Of a stretch of DNA of 64,000 nt, positions 58,203-64,000 are shown one piece after another. Each line of letters starts with the position of its first letter. The stretch's first letter is position 1. The position numbers and the translations under genes are program-made. Below the pieces are notes generated by a model that searched no databases, had not been told where the DNA came from, and saw nothing but the letters and a program-made list of their open reading frames with translations. Source of the DNA: a virus; IMG/VR virus record IMGVR_UViG_3300042894_004439, positions 19,175 through 83,174 of that record; one strand, given 5' to 3'.

Positions 58203-58991
58203 ATGACCGATCACTACGCCACACTGGGCGTTGCTAAAACTGCTACTGCAAATGAAATCAAACAGGCCTTTCGCCGGTTAGCCAGTCAGCATCATCCCGA
58301 CAAGGGTGGCGACACAGCCAAATTCCAGGCCATCCAGGCCGCGTATGCCACACTAGGCGATCCGCAGCAACGTGCCGCGTATGATAATCCTCGCCCACAA
58401 ATGCCGCCTGGGTTTGGATTTCAATCCAATGGGCCATTTGATTTCAACACAATATTCAACATGTTTGGCACAAGAATGCAATCGCCCGGGCAACAACGTC
58501 ATCAACAGGCTCGCATGGATCTGTGGATCACAATAATGGACATTGCCACAGGCGGGCGTAGAACTGTGAGCGTGGGCAGTCAACAGGGCACAATGACTGT
58601 GGAGATAGAAATTCCATTGGGCATAGAAGATGGCAACACAGTGCACTATTCAGGTATTGGCCCCAGTGGAATGGATCTACTGGTCACTTACCGAGTGCAT
58701 CCTCACCCTCGGTGGCAACGAAACGGACTGACTCTTTCAACCAATCATGTGTTGCCTATCTGGGATCTGATACTGGGTTGTGATACTGTGTTTACAGACG
58801 TACAAGGCACAGAATTACTATTGACTATTCCGCCAAAAACTCAACCCGGAACTCAAATGAGAATGAAGGGTCGCGGCCTGCGGGCAAAATCTGGAATCGC
58901 TGGCGATATGTTAGTTGCTATACAAGCTCGTATACCCGACAACATATCCCCAGAACTCTTGGAAATGATAAAACAAAGTCAGACAAAATAA
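58203..58991 (+). CDS. dnaJ: DnaJ/CbpA-type co-chaperone (no Zn finger)
   Basis: J-domain HPD motif, G/F linker, DnaJ C-terminal domain. Confidence 0.9.
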   Translation: MTDHYATLGVAKTATANEIKQAFRRLASQHHPDKGGDTAKFQAIQAAYATLGDPQQRAAYDNPRPQMPPGFGFQSNGPFDFNTIFNMFGTRMQSPGQQRHQQARMDLWITIMDIATGGRRTVSVGSQQGTMTVEIEIPLGIEDGNTVHYSGIGPSGMDLLVTYRVHPHPRWQRNGLTLSTNHVLPIWDLILGCDTVFTDVQGTELLLTIPPKTQPGTQMRMKGRGLRAKSGIAGDMLVAIQARIPDNISPELLEMIKQSQTK

Positions 58992-59061
58992 ATATTCGTA
59001 ATGGTTGTATAAGTTTAAAAATCCTGTACAATAGTAATTGGGAATACAAGTAATAATATCC

Positions 59062-61335
59062 ATGCAAAATAATCCAGAAATTGAACAGATCCTTGAGTCA
59101 GCAGTTGCCATTGCTCATGCCTATAAACATGAATACGTCACAACCGAACATGTGTTGTTAGCATTGATACGTCACGATCCTTTTCGTCGTGTGGTAGAAA
59201 AGTTTGGGGCTGATGTAGCGTTATTTGATCAGGAGCTGACAAATTATATCGGTAGCCTAGTAAGTTTAATCAAAGATCCTGCACCACAACCAAGGAAAAC
59301 CAATGCGTTGGAGCGAGTGTTTAATCGCGCATTAACACAGGTACTGTTTACTGGGCGCAAGCAAGTATCAACAATTGATTTAATGGTGGCCATGCTGGCA
59401 GAAACCAATGGACATGCACATTATTTCTTGTTGAAATACGGAATTAAGAAACAAGAGTTTATAGATTTCTGGCAGAGTAACTATACCCACGCCAGCGTGT
59501 CAATGAACGAAAATCAGGCCACACAGATATTAGAAGAGCATTGTACTAATTTAACGCAATTGGCCAAAGAAGATCGACTAGAACCCATGATTGGGCGCAG
59601 TGTAGAACTAGAAGAAATGATCACAGTGTTGGCACGTAGATTCAAAGCCAACGTGCTGATGGTAGGCGATCCAGGTGTGGGCAAGACTGCAATCATTGAT
59701 GGTCTTGCACAAGAAATTGCCGCTGACAGAGTTCCTGAATTTCTTCGAGGGCATGAAGTTTGGGGCTTGGAAATTGGCAGCTTGCTGGCAGGATCAAAAT
59801 ATCGCGGTGAGTTTGAAGAAAAGTTCAAACAGGTCATTGGAGCACTAGAAGCCAAGAAGAAATGTATTTTGTTCATAGACGAAGCACACACCATGATGGG
59901 TGCAGGTGCTGGTGGGCAAAGCAGTTTGGATTTTGCCAACATGTTGAAGCCAGCCATAACCAAAGGCAATCTCAAAGTGGTAGCCAGCACCACCTGGGAA
60001 GAATACTACGAGAGCTTTGAAAAAGATCGTGCGCTGATGCGTCGTTTCCATCGTGTGGCAATTGACGAACCCACTCCCGGTACCACAGAACAGATCCTTA
60101 TTGGGCTGAGTCCAAGATTAGAAAAGTTTCACAATGTGCTAATTGACACTGCTGCCATAACTGCTGCAGTTGAACTGTCAGGCCGTTACATACACGATCG
60201 TAAGAATCCTGACAAGTCAATTGACCTGCTGGACGGTGCTTGTGCAAAAGAACGTGTTAAAGATCAAGGACAACTTACTATCACTCAAGAATTGATCATG
60301 GCACAGTTGGCTCGTACCACAGACATTCCAATTGATCGACTACAAAATGAACGTAGCACTAAAATTCTTGAATTAGAAAACAACATCAAGCAAAAGTTAT
60401 ACGGGCAAGACGAAGCAGTGGATTCAGTGCTTGAGCGAATTTACATTAACTTTTCTGGCATTGGCAATGCTCGCCGACCTATTGCCAGCTTCTTGTTCCT
60501 AGGGCCAACTGGCACAGGCAAAACAGAATTGGCCAAACTGCTGGCGGAAAACTTGGACATGAAATTGCTCAAATATGACATGAGTGAGTACCAGGAGAAA
60601 CACACAGTGTCAAGTTTGATTGGTGCACCACCTGGATATGTGGGATTTGAAGACGGCAATGTGGGTGGCGGCAAACTGATCAGCGATATCAGTAAGAATC
60701 CATTTAGTATTATTTTGTTTGATGAGATTGAAAAGGCACACCCAGATGTGATCAACATCATGTTGCAGATGTTGGACGAAGCAAGATTAACATCCAGCAA
60801 TGGCAAAACTGTTGATCTTAAAAACGCCATTATCATTATGACATCTAATTTGGGTGCGAGAGACAACGAGAATCATAACATTGGATTCAGTACTCTGTTA
60901 GAAAAATCTGGCGAAGAAGATCGGGCCATGAAAGAGTTTTTCAAGCCAGAATTGCGCAATAGGATTGATAGAGTTTGTAAATTTGCCAAACTTGACACAC
61001 TGGCAATTAAGAAAATTGTGATCAAGTTTGTGGAAGAACTACAAACAAGTTTGGCAGCCAAACAAATACGATTGACATTGACCGAATCAGTGATTGATAT
61101 GTTGGCCAACAAGGGCTATGATAAAAAGATGGGCGCACGTCCATTGGGTAGAAAAATCGACGAACTTATTCGTGTGCCATTGAGCAAGCGCATATTGTTT
61201 GATCGTCTTGAAAACTGTACCATTCACGCAGTGATGAAAGATGATAAAATTGATTTTATGATAGAAGAAATTGCAAAACCCGTGGTCAACGAACAAGGAT
61301 ATATTGTACTTGATAACTTCAAACCTAAAATTTAA
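59062..61335 (+). CDS. clpA: ClpA/ClpB-family AAA+ chaperone
   Basis: Clp N domain; two Walker A motifs (GDPGVGKT, GPTGTGKT); IGF loop; no ClpB-length middle domain. Confidence 0.9.
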   Translation: MQNNPEIEQILESAVAIAHAYKHEYVTTEHVLLALIRHDPFRRVVEKFGADVALFDQELTNYIGSLVSLIKDPAPQPRKTNALERVFNRALTQVLFTGRKQVSTIDLMVAMLAETNGHAHYFLLKYGIKKQEFIDFWQSNYTHASVSMNENQATQILEEHCTNLTQLAKEDRLEPMIGRSVELEEMITVLARRFKANVLMVGDPGVGKTAIIDGLAQEIAADRVPEFLRGHEVWGLEIGSLLAGSKYRGEFEEKFKQVIGALEAKKKCILFIDEAHTMMGAGAGGQSSLDFANMLKPAITKGNLKVVASTTWEEYYESFEKDRALMRRFHRVAIDEPTPGTTEQILIGLSPRLEKFHNVLIDTAAITAAVELSGRYIHDRKNPDKSIDLLDGACAKERVKDQGQLTITQELIMAQLARTTDIPIDRLQNERSTKILELENNIKQKLYGQDEAVDSVLERIYINFSGIGNARRPIASFLFLGPTGTGKTELAKLLAENLDMKLLKYDMSEYQEKHTVSSLIGAPPGYVGFEDGNVGGGKLISDISKNPFSIILFDEIEKAHPDVINIMLQMLDEARLTSSNGKTVDLKNAIIIMTSNLGARDNENHNIGFSTLLEKSGEEDRAMKEFFKPELRNRIDRVCKFAKLDTLAIKKIVIKFVEELQTSLAAKQIRLTLTESVIDMLANKGYDKKMGARPLGRKIDELIRVPLSKRILFDRLENCTIHAVMKDDKIDFMIEEIAKPVVNEQGYIVLDNFKPKI

Positions 61336-61987
61336 ATCTGTTGATAAAGATCGATTGTTTTATAATCAGTATCAATACTCTGTAAGCATTCCATTACAGG
61401 AAGTAAATGCGCTGAGAACAGAACTATCACACGAATCAATAGATCGTGCCATAGCTCGCAGACTAGCATTTTGGTCAACAATGCCAAATCGTGCCAATCG
61501 AGTGATTGAGTCAGACACAGTGGACCAATTGCATAAAATCTGTGATTTTTTATTGTCTATCACTGACCAATACAAACTGGTATTTTACTATAATCACTGG
61601 CTCACAATCTACACCAATAGTCTGGAATTGCTTGATCAAGTTGATGCACTTGATTACGTTGATATTAAAAATTACAGTCAGGTCAATATCAATCGTCCCA
61701 AAGGTACAATATTGTTAAAAAATTCTGTGCATACCAAACGCAGTTATTTTCGTCAACGTACTATAAACAATCACGAAAGAAATACACTAACTAATTTTCT
61801 AATGTCTCAACAGGATTATATAAAATTAAGTCCGGGACTAAGAAATTGGATGCATAAAGATCGAATTCATACCTATGTGCTTGACTATTTCTTTATTGAT
61901 TATTCAGATGATCAATGGCTGACCATGTTAAGTTTGGTGCATCCAGGACTGGTAAGAAAAACTGTACAAATCATACAAGATAAATAA
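61271..61987 (+). CDS. Hypothetical protein
   Basis: Long ORF; start uncertain. Confidence 0.65.
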   Translation: MQNPWSTNKDILYLITSNLKFKSVDKDRLFYNQYQYSVSIPLQEVNALRTELSHESIDRAIARRLAFWSTMPNRANRVIESDTVDQLHKICDFLLSITDQYKLVFYYNHWLTIYTNSLELLDQVDALDYVDIKNYSQVNINRPKGTILLKNSVHTKRSYFRQRTINNHERNTLTNFLMSQQDYIKLSPGLRNWMHKDRIHTYVLDYFFIDYSDDQWLTMLSLVHPGLVRKTVQIIQDK

Positions 61988-61993
61988 TACACT

Positions 61994-62161
61994 ATGGCAA
62001 AAATACACGAAGAAATACTTGTAATCAAACTATCAAAATTGGTCAAAGACAGCGGCGAAAATGTGCCTGTTATTGCCAACAAAGATTTGGAAGATGCACT
62101 GACCGCAGTGGCTCAAGAGCTTGTTGGTACCGGTGTTATTGTAGAAATTGAACAGGCCTAA
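61994..62161 (+). CDS. 55-aa hypothetical protein (not in ORF track)
   Basis: TAAATA 7 nt before ATG; MAKIHEEILVIKLSKLVKD...; TAATG-coupled to next gene. Confidence 0.7.
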   Translation: MAKIHEEILVIKLSKLVKDSGENVPVIANKDLEDALTAVAQELVGTGVIVEIEQA

Positions 62162-62532
62162 TGTCCACATATTATACCACTGTTGTACTGTTGCCCACTA
62201 CCACCTATGGTACAGCATCGGGCAACTATGATGGTAGTAGTCAAGACTTTTTTGGCAATGCAGTGCCTGCAGTCAATTATTATGGCGGGCAAGGGTACGT
62301 TCAAACCATAACCTACAGTGTGACCAATTTCACTGGAACAATAACCACACAGGCTACCTTGAGCGATCAACCAGAGCAGGCTGCCTGGTTTGATATTGAC
62401 GTTTACGGAGACGGATCTTCGGTCATACCCGCAGACTATCATCCTGTGAGCATTTTAGGCAATTTTGCATGGTTACGAGTGAAAGTCACTGGATTTGAAT
62501 CTGGCACAGCAAACGTAGTTGCATCATATTAA
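62161..62532 (+). CDS. Hypothetical beta-rich (probably virion) protein
   Basis: YYG....QTI...F.G....QATL...WFD...GNF.WLR. Confidence 0.65.
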   Translation: MSTYYTTVVLLPTTTYGTASGNYDGSSQDFFGNAVPAVNYYGGQGYVQTITYSVTNFTGTITTQATLSDQPEQAAWFDIDVYGDGSSVIPADYHPVSILGNFAWLRVKVTGFESGTANVVASY

Positions 62533-62554
62533 AACGTGACATAAATATGTTACA

Positions 62555-64000
62555 ATGAATTATCTTGTAATATATCCCGGACGTTTCCATCCTTTTCATC
62601 GCGGTCATCGTGCCAGCTATGAATATCTTGCTAAAAAATACGGTGCTGATCATGTGTACATTGCCACCACTGGTGTGCAAGCACCTGTAACCAGTCCATT
62701 TACCTTTGCTGACAAAGTTAAAATGATTACTACACTGGGCATTCCTGCCGGACATGTGGTCAAGGTTACTAATCCTTATCAAAGTCGAGAAATAACAGAT
62801 TCAATTCCCACAGAAGAAAAATCCAAAACTGTGCTGATATTTGCACTCAGCGCCAAGGATGCAGAACGCTTTAGCTTTGCTCCTAAAAAAGACGGCACAC
62901 CCAGTTATCTTCAGTCCATGCCTGCCAATCTCAAGCAGTTGACGCCAATGACTGAGCATGCTTACGTAGAAATTACACCCACAGTTAATTTCAAAGTACG
63001 TGGTCAAGATGCCAACTCAGCCAGCCAAATCCGCAGTTTTTATATCAAAGGCAACAACAACGATCGAGATCAAGTTATAGCCGACCTATATGGTGAAGCT
63101 TACCCTGAGTTACGAGACATATTTGATAATCAACTGGGTGTCAGTGAACGAGTACAGAATATAGTCCGAGAAGCCAAGTTACTTAACACTACAAAAAGCA
63201 TAGCACTGATAGAACGCATATTGACCAAAGAGCGTCGTGCGTTGAACGAATTTAGTGTCAACAGTGGCGATGATGGTTCCAGTGATGACCCATATCAGTA
63301 TCCCAAGCCCGAACATTATGCCCGTAGCATAGATTACTTTGGTCAATTTGAAGCAGAACACTTTGACGAAGAAGATATGAATGATGCCACAGGCGAGTTC
63401 AAGGGTTACTGGTACTACGATGGCAAGCCGAGACAAATTGCCTATTTCAAGTTTGACAATCCCGAGCGCACCGGCAGTAATCATCCGGGCATGGGCTGGT
63501 ACTATGAGCCACAAAACGAAGGTATAGCGGAGGCTAAAAGAAAGGAAAAGAAAAAAACTTCAAGATCCTTAGGCAGATATTTCTTTCCAGGTTACGGATA
63601 CTATGGCAGTGGAGAATCTGGTGAAGGTGGCGGGGATGGGGGAGGTGAAGGTGTTGACCGGGGCATGGCAGAAGCAGAAAAAACAGCCAAAATCTTTCAT
63701 CCACAGTATGTAGATGTATATTTTCTTAATGGTCCAAGAAGAACTCCCACACTGGTCAATCGCCGAGTTCCGTACAATTTAATTGATAGATATTTAAAAG
63801 TAGTTGTTAAAAAATACAATCTGCATCAAGGTCGTTTTGAATTCAGAAACGCCGAAGAACCACACATGGCCGAAGAATTCAGACCCACTGATGGCCAGGC
63901 TATGAATATACGTAGACAAACTGCACAAAAAATGAATCCAGTTACCGACAAATTTGTTTGGAAAAGACCCAATCAAATAGGCGGTAGTCACAGTGAGAAC
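62555..64000 (+). CDS. Cytidylyltransferase-like (HxGH) domain plus modular C-terminal extension; runs off the window end
   Basis: Manually translated open frame: MNYLVIYPGRFHPFHRGH...SASQIR; absent from track because there is no stop in the window. Confidence 0.8.
   Translation, partial: MNYLVIYPGRFHPFHRGHRASYEYLAKKYGADHVYIATTGVQAPVTSPFTFADKVKMITTLGIPAGHVVKVTNPYQSREITDSIPTEEKSKTVLIFALSAKDAERFSFAPKKDGTPSYLQSMPANLKQLTPMTEHAYVEITPTVNFKVRGQDANSASQIRSFYIKGNNNDRDQVIADLYGEAYPELRDIFDNQLGVSERVQNIVREAKLLNTTKSIALIERILTKERRALNEFSVNSGDDGSSDDPYQYPKPEHYARSIDYFGQFEAEHFDEEDMNDATGEFKGYWYYDGKPRQIAYFKFDNPERTGSNHPGMGWYYEPQNEGIAEAKRKEKKKTSRSLGRYFFPGYGYYGSGESGEGGGDGGGEGVDRGMAEAEKTAKIFHPQYVDVYFLNGPRRTPTLVNRRVPYNLIDRYLKVVVKKYNLHQGRFEFRNAEEPHMAEEFRPTDGQAMNIRRQTAQKMNPVTDKFVWKRPNQIGGSHSEN

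Noticed and set aside
1-64000. Stop-codon reassignment
   Set aside because: Conserved genes are full length in the standard code and coding density is high
1-64000. tRNA, rRNA, introns, inteins or a diversity-generating retroelement
   Set aside because: No cloverleaf/T-loop signature, intein motif or reverse transcriptase recognised by eye; tRNAscan/Infernal would be needed to exclude them fully

Overview
This window looks like part of a large lytic dsDNA phage genome (T4-like or jumbo Caudoviricetes), not a cellular chromosome. Evidence: dense short ORFs, tail-fibre and baseplate-type proteins, a clamp loader, PhoH, a GroES-like co-chaperonin, a spanin/GH19 endolysin/holin cassette, many near-consensus sigma70 promoters and a recurrent TAAATA/TAAGTA late-promoter-like motif. 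It carries host-type genes (IF-1, Fe/Mn SOD, ErpA, DnaJ, ClpA/B, a TctC/Bug binding protein); these and the spanins suggest a Gram-negative, possibly betaproteobacterial, host (inference). The most unusual elements are: (1) a coupled operon of TctC, sulfotransferase-like, 2OG-Fe oxygenase, sulfotransferase-like and APS kinase/HxGH transferase (a mini PAPS-synthase-like fusion), set among dispersed families of SGNH-like and sulfotransferase-like genes; (2) a three-gene operon of ParB/DGQHR-like protein, GIY-YIG-like nuclease and amino-methyltransferase; (3) a uORF plus RBS-sequestering hairpin in front of the lysis cassette, which contains an embedded lipoprotein spanin; (4) widespread apparently leaderless genes; (5) a ~60-bp repeated promoter-RBS cassette array; (6) a modular protein punctuated by possible prohead-protease sites. 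All family assignments come from motif recognition by eye; no database searches were run. No tRNA, rRNA, CRISPR array or integrase was recognised.
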